NCBI GenBank assembly: GCA_014905635.1
Contig: JABVCE010000025.1
Location: 1 to 64,000, forward strand
DNA from: Scenedesmus sp. PABB004
Lineage: Eukaryota
Length of the DNA stretch: 64,000 bases
Reading direction: 5' to 3'
In this document: one piece after another, positions 12,301-23,766 of the stretch
Layout: every line of letters begins with the position of its first letter
Numbering within the stretch: position 1 is the first letter of the stretch
Position numbers and translations under genes: made by a program
The notes under the pieces: model-generated
What the model was told of the DNA's origin: nothing
Seen by the model: only the letters and a program-made list of their open reading frames with translations
Database searches by the model: none

Positions 12301-12683
12301 AGCTCAACGCGCGGCTCGGAGCGATGCATGCATGCGCGGAGGCCGCGCACCGGGCCAAGCGCGCGCGGGGCCATCGCCGCGCTCACCGCCGCGCCGCCCA
12401 GCGCCACCGGCAGCGCGCCGTCGTCGTTGATCGAGTTGGTGGGTGCACCGTCGCGCGCCGCGTGGGCACGCACGCCGCCGCGCGCCTGGGGGCTCCAGCG
12501 CGGCGCGGCCGCGCCGTCCGCAGCGCGCGCCGCCGCGGCGGCGCTCCGCGTGGCCCGACGCCCGGCGCGGGCGGCGCCCCTGCCTCCGCCCCTGCCAGCC
12601 GCAGGCCGGACCACGGCGGCGGCGCGGCGCGCGCTGCCGCTGAGGGCCGCGGCCGGCGCGCGGGCGACTGTCGCAGCGGCCAT
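3357..12683 (-). CDS. Giant Ala/Leu-rich hypothetical protein (~2,970 aa), possible plastid transit peptide
   Basis: Exons 12683-12351, 12182-9270, 9146-5133 and 5012-3357, joined in frame by GT-AG introns. N-terminus MAAATVARAPAAALSGSARRAAAVVR is Ala/Arg/Ser-rich. Residue composition is protein-like rather than that of a shadow ORF. Confidence 0.75.
9178..9233. repeat. 13-bp tandem repeat (gcggtgccgggcc) x4, intronic
   Basis: Directly visible, inside the predicted intron 9147-9269. Confidence 0.85.
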
Positions 12684-13008
12684 CGGGCGCTCGGTCAGGC
12701 TGCGGGCCTGCGCATCTGTGTGGAGGATGGGCGGGCGCACTGGGTCGGCCGGCGACGCGCACGCATGCATGCGTTGTGCGGCCGTGCGAGCGCGGTTCTG
12801 CGAACCCTCACGCCGAACCGACGCCGGCGACGCAGATCGCTGCCGCCCAGCGGCTCAAGCCGGCAGCTCAGCCGGCCCGTTGCTGCTGCTCGACACGGGA
12901 GCTGCGTGCGCGTGATCGCCGCGCAACCGCCGCCGCTCGAGCGCAGCACCAGCAGCACGCTCGCCCGCGCCCAGCTGACGGCCCCTCCGGCCTGAGGAGG
13001 AGGTTGCC

Positions 13009-14741
13009 ATGGCCTTCTCCTTCGGCGCCGCTTCCAGCGCCGCGCCCGCCTTTGGCGCGCCCGCATCATCAGCAGCAGCCCCGGCCTTTGGCGCCCCGAG
13101 CAGCGCGCCCGCCTTTGGCGCGCCCGCCAGCTCGGCGTTCGGCTTCGGCGCGTCCTCCGCGCCCGCCTTCGGCCAGCAGAGCGCCGCCGCGCTCGCGGGC
13201 GGCGGCTTCGCGGGCTTCGGCGCGCCCGCGGCGGCGCCCGCGGCGGCGGCGTTCACGCACGCCACCAAGTTTGAGGAGCTGGACAAGTCCACGCAGGACA
13301 AGCTCACCCAGATACAGTGTGTCGCGGCGCGGCGCAAGGCAGCGGCGGCGCGCCGCCGCGGCGAAAGCAGCGCGGTCGCGCTCACGCCGCCGCCGCCGCC
13401 GCCGCCGCGCAGGGACCAGATCAGCAAGTACGAGTCGGACCGGCGCATGGTGCTGCAGCTGGAGCACCTGCAGGACAACACCGCGCTGCAGCAGGGCCTC
13501 GACGCCGACACGAGCAGCCTGAGCGCGGAGCTGCGGCAGCTGCAGGCGACGATCAAGGCGGAGCAGGAGGGCCTGGCTGACTTCCGCGAGGCGCGCGGCG
13601 GCGGCGCGGCGCCGCCCCGGGCGCTATCCCGGCCGCAGCAGCCACTGAGCCCGCCGCCCCGCCCCCGCCCACCCGCCTGCGGCCCGCAGAAAGCCATCCG
13701 CCTGCTCAAGAGCACCGAGACCGTGGTGCGCACGTACGAGCGCACCAAGCTCTGGCGCGACGCGCCAGCCATGTACCAGCGTGAGCGCGCGGCGGGCGGC
13801 GCCCCCGGGGCGGCGCGCCGCGCCGCGCCGTGCCGCGCCGCGCCGCGCAACGCCGCGCAACGCCGCCGCGCCGCGCGCCGCCGCAGGCAACGAGCCGCTC
13901 AAGCCGCAGCAGCAGGAGCTGCTGGCGCAGCCGGTGCTGCTGCCGGGGCCGTTCCTGGGCGAGGCGGTGGCGGGCTTTGGCAGCAACGTCGCCGAGTACA
14001 GCCGCTGCCTGGAGGAGGTGGAGCAGGTGCGCGCCGCGCGTCGCCGTGCCGCCGCCCGCCCACCGCCCGCCGCGACAGCCGCCCGCCGCTGCGCGGCACC
14101 GCGCAGGTGCTCGCCGCGTCGTCGCTGGGCGACGCGCCGCCGGGCGGGCTCGACTGGGTGACGGCGCTGCCCACGGTCGTGGCCAACATGCATGACTACT
14201 TTGTGGTGGTCGCGGCCAAGCTGGAGCGCAGCCACGCGGAGGTGCAGCGCGCCAAGGCCGCCTACCTGGCTCGCCTGCGCGCGCGCGGCGTCGCGGCCGA
14301 CCCGTTCGAGCGCGCGGCCCGCCAGGAGCAGGCGGCGCAGCTGCAGCAGCAGCAGCGCGCCGCGGCGGCGGTCGGCGCGGCCAGCCCGGGGCTCGCCGCC
14401 GCCGCCGGCGCGGTGGCGGGCGCGCTCGTGCCCGCCGCGGCCAGCCCACAAGCGGGTGCGCACCGGGGAGGGCGCGCGCTCGTGCCGCGCGTGCGCCGCC
14501 GGGGGGCCTGCCGCGGCGCGGCTGCGCGTCGACGCCGCCCCGCCCCGCTGCCGCGCGCGCGCGCGCAGGCGGGCTCTTCGGGGCGGCGGGGCAGGCCTCG
14601 CCTGCCACGCCCGCGCCGGGCGGCTTTGGCGCGCCGTTTGGCTCGCCGTTTGTGTCGACGGCCGCGCCCTTTGGCGGCACCGCGGCCGCCGGCGGGCTCA
14701 GCCGGAGCAGCAGCAAGGGCCGCAGCGGCAAGAAGCGCTAG
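13009..14741 (+). CDS. NUP58: FG-nucleoporin Nup58/p45
   Basis: N-terminal FG repeats (APAFGAP), THATKFEEL, a coiled-coil region, NMHDYFVVVAAKLE...DPF and C-terminal FG repeats. Five introns. Confidence 0.8.
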
Positions 14742-15033
14742 CGCGCCCCCCAGGGGGCTCGTGCTGGTAACCGCGCCCGCGCGCAGCAGCCTGGCGGCCA
14801 GCCGCAAACGAGCGCCGCGCCAGCACAACCGTTGGCGCGCAGCGGCAAGCTGGGACCAGTCAGGCCAGCGGTCGGGCAGTGCGCGGGGCGGCGGCGCCGC
14901 GCGGCCGCGGTCTGGCGGTGGCTGCGCCCCGAGCCGCGGCCGGCGGCACGCGCGCGCTCACCCGGCGGCCGGCGGCCGGGCCCGCCCTTTTCCGGCCCGG
15001 CCCCCGTCGCGCCGCCGCCGTCAGCCCAGCACC

Positions 15034-17385
15034 ATGGAGGAGAGCGCGTGGGGCATCAAGCCCGGCATGGCCTGGGCGGAGGAGGTCGAGCAGGAGGAGG
15101 CCAAGCTCGCCAAGCTGGGGGGCGCGGAGGCCTTCCCGACGCTCGGGGAGGCGGTGAACGTCAAGGAGAGCAAGAAGGACAAGGCCAAGAAGGGCAAGCC
15201 CGTGAAAATGGCGCTCGGCGCGTTCATGGTCTCCTCGCGCGCGCCCAAGACGGACAAGGAGATCCTCGCGGCCCTGCCCAAGGGCAGCAGCGGCCTCCCG
15301 CGCGAGGAGCGGGAGGGCGGCGCGCTGGGCGGGGGCTTCAGGGACTACGGCGGCAGTCGCGGCGGAGGTGCGCGATGGGCCGCCCCGGCCGCCCCCGCGC
15401 CCGCGCGCCGGCGGCGCCGCTGGTGGCCGCACCGCGCCGACGCCGGGCGCCAGGGGCGGGGCGCAGCGGGGCAGGGCGGGCAGCGGGCGCGGCGCCGGGC
15501 GGCGCGACGCGCGCGCAGCGCCCCGCGCGCTGCGGCGCCGGGCGTGCCCCAGCGCCAGCGGGGGAGACGCATCATGCGCCAGCGCGGGCCGGCGTGCGCG
15601 GCGGCGCCGGCGGAGCGCGGCGCCGGCGGCGCCGGCGGCAGCCGCAGCACGCCGCGGCGGCTGCTGCTGCACCGCGCCGCGCGCCCGCGCGCGCCCACGC
15701 CGCGTGCCGCCGCTGCTGCCTCGCCCGCCGCCGCGCGTCGCAGGCTTTGGCGACCGCGACGGCGACCGCGAGGAGCGCGAGGTCAGCCGCGCCGACAACG
15801 CGAGCGACTGGGGCGCGGAGCGCAAGTTCACGCCCTCGTCCGACCGCGACCGCGCCGGCGGCGGCGGCTTTGGCGGCTTCCGCGACCGCGACGGCGGCAG
15901 CGGCGGCTTCGGCGACCGCGGGCCGCGCGAGGAGCGGCCAGTGTCGGAGGCCGACACGGTCGACGACTGGGGCGCGGCGCGCAAGTTCACGCCGAGCGCC
16001 GGCGGCCCCGCCGGCGGCGCGGGCGGCTTCCGCGACCGCGACCGGCCCGGCGGCTTCGGCGACCGCGACCGCAGCGGCGGCTTCGGCGGCGAGCCGAGCC
16101 GCGCGGACGAGGGCGACTGGGGCGCGCGCCGCGCGCGCTCGCCCGCGCCCGACGGCGCCGCGGGGACGAGCGGGCGGCGCGGCTACGGCTTTGGCGACGC
16201 GCCGCTGTCGGCGGCCGACACCGAGGACCGCTGGAGCCACCGCGGCCCGCCGCCGGGCGAGGGCGGCGGCGCCGGCGGCGCCGGCGGCGGCGGCGGCGAG
16301 CGGCCGCGGCTCAAGCTCGCGCCGCGCACCAAGCCGCTGGACAACCCACCGCCGCCGCCCGCGCCGGCGAGCAACGGCGCCGCGCCGTCGCCGCCGAGCA
16401 GCGAGGCGGGCAGCAGCAGCAGCGGCGCCGCGGGCGGCGCGCCCGCGCCGGCCAAGCCCAAGGCCAACCCCTTTGGCGCGGCGCGGCCGCGCGAGGAGGT
16501 GCTCAAGGAGAAGGGCATCGACTACCAGAAGGAGGAGCTCAAGCTGGAGCACGGCGAGGTCATCAGGTGCGGCGCGCCGGCGCGCGCGGCGGCGGTGGCG
16601 GTGCGGCGGTGCGGCGGTGCGGCGGTGCGGCGGCGGTGGCGCGGCGACCGACGCTGCGCCGCGCCGCACCGGGTGCAGGGACAAGAGCCCCGAGGAGGAG
16701 GCGATGGAGGCGGAGGTCGAGGAGCTGCGCGTGAAGCTGGAGGGCCTCAAGGAGCTCACGCCCGGCGAGACCGACACGATCGCGGAGCTCGCGGGCGAGC
16801 TGGACGACAAGGAGAAGGCGCTTTACCGCCTGCAGGCGCGCACCCGCCGCACCGCCGCGCCGCGCGGGGACGGGAGAGGCGGGCGGGAGGGAGGGAGGCG
16901 GGCGGGGCCGAGGGCGCGGGGCCGCGGGGGCAGGGCGCGCGGCGGCGGGGCGCGGCGCGGAGGAGCGCGGCCGCGCGGCGGTTGGGGCCTGACCGCGCCG
17001 CGCCGACGCTTGTGCCCGCGCGCAGGCCGAGCTGGACGACCGCGTGCGCTTCAGCAAAAACCGGCCCGACCGCGAGCGCAGCGCCGACCCCGGGGCGCGG
17101 CGCGACCCGCACGCCGACAGCGACGCCGGCTTTGAGCCCGTGCGCTCCGGCCGCCGCGAGCGCCCCGGCCCGGCCGGCGCCGCCGAGGCGGGCGCCGAGG
17201 CGCCGCGCGAGGGCGGCGCGGCGGCGGCCGGCGGCGGCGGCGGCGCATGGGGCCGCAGCGGCGGCGCCGCCGGCGGCGGCGCCAAGGACCGCGAGCCACG
17301 CAGCTTCTCCCGCGACCGGGACGGCAGCCGCGGGGCGCCGCCGCCGCGCGAGGGCCGCGAGCCCGCCCGCGCTGGCGGCTGGTGA
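15034..17385 (+). CDS. EIF4B: Plant-type translation initiation factor eIF4B
   Basis: AWAEEVEQEE, FPTLGEA, LPKG, SRADxxxDW repeats, ERPRLKLAPR, KPKANPFGAARPREEVLKEKG and LDDRVRF. Three introns. Confidence 0.9.
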
Positions 17386-18035
17386 GGGACGCGCCGCGGG
17401 CGGGCGCCGGGCCTTGCCTGGCGCCCAGCGCTGAGCGCGGGCGGGCGGGGCGGAGTAGGTTAGGCACTGGCGCTTGACGGCAAGCAGCTGCTTTGATCGG
17501 CATCGGCATCCCTCCTAGCGCTCGCCAGACGCGGCGGCGCCGCGCGGGCGGGCTCGCAGCCTGCGGCGGCTCGGGAACGCAACCACGCTCGGGCAACGCA
17601 GCACGCGTCGGCACATGATCGTGTGCGTGCTTGGTGCATGCCCGCACTGCCGCCGTGGCGCGCGCGGGCGCGGGGGTGAGCGCCAGCGCAGTTGGCGCGG
17701 GGCGCGCGCAGCAGCGTGGCGCTGCGGTGACGGCGGCGAAATAAGCCGGCGCGTGTGCGTGTTTCCCCGAGCGGTAACGCGAGAGAGCGTCCCCGGCCTC
17801 GCGCGCGGTGGGAGGGAAGGGTAGCAAAGAGCATCGGAGGCCGTCACACGCGCCGCCGCCGTCGCGCCGCTCTGCGACGCGCCCGCCACGCAGCCGCACG
17901 CCCAGCCCACGACACTCTCCAAACTTGGGAGCGACCGACGCGCCGCGCAGCGCCCCCAGATTCCGCGAACGGGCCGAGAGCGCAGCGCCCTTTCGCGCCG
18001 AGGCCGCGCACGGCCGCGCGGCGCATGCGCGCGCC

Positions 18036-19654
18036 ATGACGGCCGCCGAGGACAACACGCTGTTGGAAAAGCCGGAAGCCCCGCGGGAGCGGCAGGCATG
18101 GACGCGGCGCCGCATCGCGCTGGCGGCGGGCGCGGCGGTCGCGGTGCTGCTGCTGCTCTTTGTGGCCATCTGTGAGCGCCGCTGCTGCGCTCGGCGCGCA
18201 GCCCAGGCCACCAGCGCCGCAGAGCGCGAGCGCGCCGGGCGCCAGGCGGCGTGGCACCGGGCGGCGCGGCGAGTCACCACACCGGCCGCCGCTCGCTGCT
18301 GCCGGCCGCCCGCCCCCGCCGCGCGCGCGCCGCAGTCGTGCCCATCTACGTCGGCGCCGCAGCGCGCCGCGCCCGCATGCGCGGCACGGGGGAGGAGTGC
18401 CGCGGCTTCGAGCTGCCGCGCAAGGAGACGGGCCCGCCGCCGTGGCCCGCGCTGCCCGCCGGCGCGCGGCCCAACTTCATCCATCTCTTTATTGATGATC
18501 AGGGGTGCGCCGCCGGGACGGGGCACAGCACAGCCGCGGGCGGGCCAAGCAGCGGCCAGCCGCGGGCGAGCCAGGCAGCGGCCTGCCGCGGCGGCGGCGG
18601 CGGCGGCGGCGCGCGCGCGCGCGCGCGACGCCTGCCCTATGCGCGCGCGCGACCCGTGCCCCTGCCGCGCCCGCCCCGCGTGCCGCGCCGCGCCGCGCCC
18701 GCAGCTACGACGACATCGGCCTGCACCACCCGCCCGGCGCGGGCGACCTGATCCAGACGCCCCACCTCGACCGCCTGCTGCGGCGGGGCATGGAATTTAC
18801 CAACTTTTACACAACGCCGATGTGCAGCACAAGTCGGGCAGAGCTGCTGAGCGGGCGCTACTACCCGCGAACGGGCGCGATGTACATCAACAGTGAGCGC
18901 GCGCGCCGCGCTCCCGACGCCTCGGCGCGCGCGCCTCGGCGGCGCCGCGGCCCCGCAGGCCAGGTGTGGTGGCGCCGCGGCGGCGCTGACGCGGCCGCGG
19001 CCGCCGCCGCCGCCCGCCGGTCTGGCTGTGTCGCGCGCCAGCGGGGTGGGACTTTATCAACCGCAACGAGACGCTCGCGCCGCGCGTGCTCGGCGCCGCG
19101 GGGTACAAGACGGCCGTGTTTGGCAAGTGGCACAACGGGCGGACCACAGGGTGCGTGCCGCGCGGGCCCGGCGCGCCGCGCCGCCGCCGCCGGCGCCAGC
19201 ACACCCGCGCGCGACCGCCCGCCCCGCCGCGCGGCGAATCAGCCATTTCACCCCATCCTGCCCCCGCCGCGCCGCGCCGCGCTGCGCCGCGCGCGCCGCC
19301 CGTCCCCGCGCTCGCGCCGCCGCCCCAGGTACCAGCCCACCGACGCGGGCTTCCACGACGCGTGGCTGCCGACGCCGTACGTGCACCGCGACAACACGTT
19401 CCTCGTCAATGGCATGCCCAGGCCGACCAAGGGCTGGCTCGAGGAGCGGCTCATGGACTTTGCGCTCGGCTACCTGCAGCGCCGCGCCGACGACGGCGCG
19501 CCCTTCTACATGTACTACCCCTCCTTCAGCGTGCACGCGTGAGTGAAACGCCAAGCGGCGCTTTACAGCCAGACAGCTGAACAGCTGTTGTTGAGCCGAC
19601 AGCTGAGTGGCTAGCTCAAGGATGGCCGCGCAGCGGCCGGCCGCGCCGCCCACG

Positions 19655-19717
<63 letters not shown>

Positions 19718-21976
19718 GCAGCGGCTGGACGACGCGGCAGGGCGCGGGCCCGCGCTACCAGCGCCCCGCGCCGCCGGCGTACCTGGCCAAGTTCAAGGAC
19801 CTCCCGCTGAGCGAGGACACGGCCAACCTCTACGCGATGCTCGAGTTCTTTGACGACCAGCTCGGCCGCCTGCTGGAGGCGCTCGAGGCCTCGGGCCTCG
19901 CCGCAAACACCTACGTGCTCGTCGGCGGCGACAACGGCCCCGCGCTCTTCAGCCGCGAGTCGCGCCCGCTGCCGCGCGTGGTGCGGCGCGCGCGCGCGCG
20001 CGCACGCACCCGCACGCTGCCCGTGCCGCCGCCGCGCCATCACCCCCGCGTGCTTGCCGCCGCGCCCGGGCGCAGATGCGCATGCCGAGCGGCATGCAGG
20101 GCAGCAAGCACAGCGTGCGCGAGGGCGGCATTCGCAACTTCCTGGCCGTGCAGGGCCCCGGCGTGCCGGCGGGCAGCAGCAGCGACGCGCTGCTGAGCCT
20201 TATGGACGTCCTGCCCACGCTGGTGGAGCTCGGCGGCGCGCGCCAGGTGCGCTCGGCGGCGCGCGCGCGCGGGCCTGCCTGCGCGGCGGCGGCGCCCCGC
20301 CGGCGGGCGGCGCGCCGGGGCTCCTCGCCGCGACGCCCCCGCGCCCTGACGCCCGCGCCCCCGCGCCCGCGCCCGCGCCCGCCCGGCAGCCCCCGCCGCA
20401 GGCGGCGTGGGACGGCAGCAGCTTTGCCAACCTGCTGCGCGGCGATGCGCCGACGCGGGCGCAGGGGGAGCGGGTGCTCGTGTCGATGGAGACCTCCTGC
20501 ATAGAGGACGACTTTGTGCCAGAACTGGGGCCCGACAGGTGTGCGCCCTGCGCGCCCTGCGCGCCGGCCGCGCCGCGCGCGCCGGGCCGCCGCGCACGCG
20601 CTGCGCCGGCGCCGCGCCCGCCCCCGACGCCCGGCCCGCCCGGCGCGGCCGGCCAGGCGCGTGGCCAAGCCGCAGCCGCTGCTCAGCTACACCGCGGGCG
20701 GCGTGAGCGGGCGCGGCTTCAAGCGCTGCGTGGGCGTGCGGTTCAAGGACTACAAGTGGCTCGCAGACGCGAGCAACGGCGCCGACTCGAGCGCCGCCGG
20801 CGAGGCGGGGCCCGCGCCCGCCGCGGCCGGTGGCGGCAGCAGCACGCGCCCCGGTCTCTACCGCTTCCGCCCCGGCCCCGGCGGCGACCTGCTGCACGTC
20901 GAGCTGCCGTGCATGGACGCCACGCAGGCGGAGCCCGCCGTCGCGGCGCGGCTCGAGCGCGCCGCGGAGGCGTGGTTCAGCGCGATGCTCTCGAGCGCGC
21001 ACAGCTTCGAGAAGCCGGGTGCGCGCGCGCGCGCAACTCGGCGCTGCGGCCGTCCGCCCGCGCGCCCGCCCGCCCGTCCGCCCGCGCAGGCGGTCAAACT
21101 GCCGCCGCGCCGCCCTGCCCCCGGCCCCCCTCCCCTCCCGGGCCGCCAGTCTTCTTCATTGGCCTCGCCGGCCGCCCCGCCGCCAACGTCGTGGCCGACG
21201 GCGCCGTGCAGCGCACGCCGGGGCGCATCCAGGTGCTGCCGATGGGCCTCGCCGGCTTTGTGCGCGCCGGCGACGCGGCGTGGTACCGCATCTCTGTCGC
21301 GACGGCCGGCCGCTACCGGGCGAGCGTGTTCATGCAGTCCGACCACGCCGCCACGTTTGCGCTCGCGGCCGGGCCCTACGCCGCGCTCGCCGACGGCTCC
21401 GCGCGCCGCGTCGTCGCGGCGCTGCCGGCGTCGGTGAGCGGGGCGGGCGCGGGCCGGGCCGGGGGCCGCGCCGCGCCGCGCCGCGCCGCGCGCGCTGAGC
21501 GTCGCTGGCGCACGCCCGCCGCCGGCGGTGCCGCGCAGTCGGACAAGCGCAAGCAGGTCGTGGTGGGCGAGCTGGACCTGCCTGCGACGCCGGCGGGGGA
21601 AGTGTGGGAGGTGAAGCTGGAGCTGCTCAACAACTCGGCCCCGCTGCGGCCGGTGATCCGGGCGCTCGACACGGTCTACTTTGAGCGCGTGGTGCGCAGC
21701 CCGGCGGCCCGGGCGCCAGCGGCTCTGCTCTGCTCTGCTCTGCTCTGCGCTGCTCTGGACTGCGCTGCGCTGCGCTGCGCTGCGCTGCACTGGCGGCCAC
21801 GCGCGCGCACGCGCGCGCCGCCCACGCCGCTCCGCGCGTCGCGCCGCGCCGCGCGCTCGCAGGACGGCGGTGACGCGCGCACGGCGCCGGCACTCGTGTA
21901 CGACCCCGACAGCCAGGAGGGCGTGCGCGCGTGGAAGACGGCGCACGGCCACACCGACATCCAGGGCGGGCGCTGA
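18036..21976 (+). CDS. Arylsulfatase-family (formylglycine-dependent) enzyme with N-terminal TM anchor and C-terminal beta-sandwich
   Basis: RPNFIHLFIDDQGYDDIG, TPHLDRL, CSTSRAELLSGRY, GYKTAVFGKWH, PFYMYYPSFSVH, GDNG and KHSVREGGIR. About 11 introns. Confidence 0.88.
19665..19716. repeat. (CCG)n microsatellite, intronic
   Basis: About 17 uninterrupted units. Confidence 0.9.
21723..21789. repeat. Pentamer microsatellite (CTCTG grading into CTGCG), intronic
   Basis: Directly visible. Confidence 0.8.
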
Positions 21977-22502
21977 GGGGCCGGCGGCGGCGCCGCAGAA
22001 CGGCGTTGCCGGCCTGTGGGGGGCTGGGCATGGCCGGCCTGTGGGGGGCTGGGCATGGTGTGGATTCATAACGGCGTCGAGTGCATGTGTGTTTGCACGC
22101 CTCGGGGCCGCTGGTTGCGTATTGACTGGCCCAGGCCACCGGCAGCCGCTGCTGCCGTCGGTCGCGGCAGCCCCTAGGGGCGCACGGGCGCCGCGCGCCT
22201 CGCCTGCGTTGCTGATCCTTGCATCCCTCACTGCCAATCGATTTCGTGCGTCGTCTGTCACACGGGGCTTTCTCTCGCACCGCCACGCGCGCATGGGCGC
22301 AGTTGACGCCGCCCCTGGCGGCAGGGACGCCGCCGGGCGCGCGCGCTGCTCCCCGCGCTGCTTCTGCAACAACAGCTGGCCAGCACTTCACCGCAGCTCG
22401 CACTGTGCCGTACGCACTGCCGCATTCTTGGTGATCAAAGGTAACGAGAGTATGAGACGCTGAGCCCAGCGCGCTCCCCCGCGCCCCGCGCCCCGCCGCC
22501 CG

Positions 22503-23383
22503 CTACGCCGCGCCGACCGCCGCCTTGGCGGCCGCGACGACGTCGGCGGTGGGCGGAAAATCTCCAAAGCTGACCTCAGGGTGCATCCACGCCACAGCAC
22601 CGCCGCGCTTGACCACCAGCAGCCCCCCCAGCACGCTCGCCTCGCCGACGACGTTCGACTCGGCGACGCGCTTGCTGCGGCGCACCGCACGGCGCGCGGG
22701 CCGGCCCGGTCAGCGGGCGCGCATGGGCAACGCCCAGCCCGGCAGCGAGCTCGGGTCCCCTCCCCGCGCCGCGCGGCGCGGCGCACGCGCACCGCGCGTC
22801 GAGGATGCGCCGCCACGCGGGGTGGAAGGGGTTGAGCATCGCGAGCGCGGAGCCGGTGCGCAGCGAGCCCTGGCCGAAGAGCTTGTAGAAGGCCTTGTCT
22901 TTGTCAAAGAAGACCTCGCCGCCCCAGAAGGCGGGCGCAAAGGCCGCGATCTGCGCGCGGCGCAGCCCGCAGCGGCGGGGTGGGGCGGGCGGCCGGCAGC
23001 TGCGCGCGCGCTGGCGGCTCAGGGCGGCTGAGGGCGCGGCGGCGGCGCTGGCTGGCTGGCGGTCGCGCGCGCCTCGCGGTCGATCCACTCGTGCACGATG
23101 CAGACGACGCGCAGCCCCGCGGCCTCCAGCTCCGCGCGCGCGTCCCAGAGCTTCTGCGCCTCGTCGCGGCACAGCACTTGCGGCGGCGGCGGGCGCTCGC
23201 GTGAGACGCGCGGCAGCGCCCGACGGCGCCGACCGGCTCTGGCTCTGCCTCACCGCATCCGGGTCGTCGTATGGCGTAGATGAACACCGGCTTCTCGGCC
23301 CAGAGCTCCCGAGCCGCGAAAGCGCCGCCGCCCGCACCTTCGCGGGCGAGCGTGGCGCCGCCGATGCTGTCAGGCGACGCCAT
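22503..23383 (-). CDS. Peroxiredoxin-like 2 (PRXL2/FAM213, AhpC/TSA_2) redoxin
   Basis: ARELWAEKPVFIYAIRRPGC|VLCRDEA (CxxC), FW.GEVFFDKDKAFYKL, LGGLLVV and H.EVSFGD. Three introns. Confidence 0.85.
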
Positions 23384-23766
23384 GCGTGCGTGACGCCTGG
23401 CGAGGGCCTGCGGCGAGGCGTGGGAGGCGTGGAGGCAAGGCGGACTGGGCGTGCGGGTGCTGCTGCGCGGAAGGACGAAGCTTGCTGCTGCTGGATGCGC
23501 CGCAGCTGCCGCTGCTGCAGAGTGGCAGGAGAGCGTGCTGAGCGGCGCGCAGCTGTGTGGGGCACACACACGCGTGCGCGGGAGGTGTGAGGTGGCCAGG
23601 CCAGGGCTTACCAGCAGCCAGGGCCCAGGCCTGACACGCCAGCGCCCCGACCACTCGTCGCTCGCCTCACACGCTCGACGCCCAACTGCTGGCGCCGCTC
23701 GCAACGACAGTGACAGTGCCAGCAATGCACATGAGGATGCAGCCGCGCCGCGCCGCGCCGCGCGCG

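Noticed and set aside
15740..16240. Repeated cgcgaccgcgac/ggcggcttc units resembling an array
   Set aside because: These encode the DRDR/GGFG repeats of eIF4B; not CRISPR-like.
23165..23265. Possible selenocysteine in the PRXL2/SelU-like CxxC motif
   Set aside because: Both codons are TGC after splicing (GGA TGC G|TG CTG TGC); there is no in-frame TGA.
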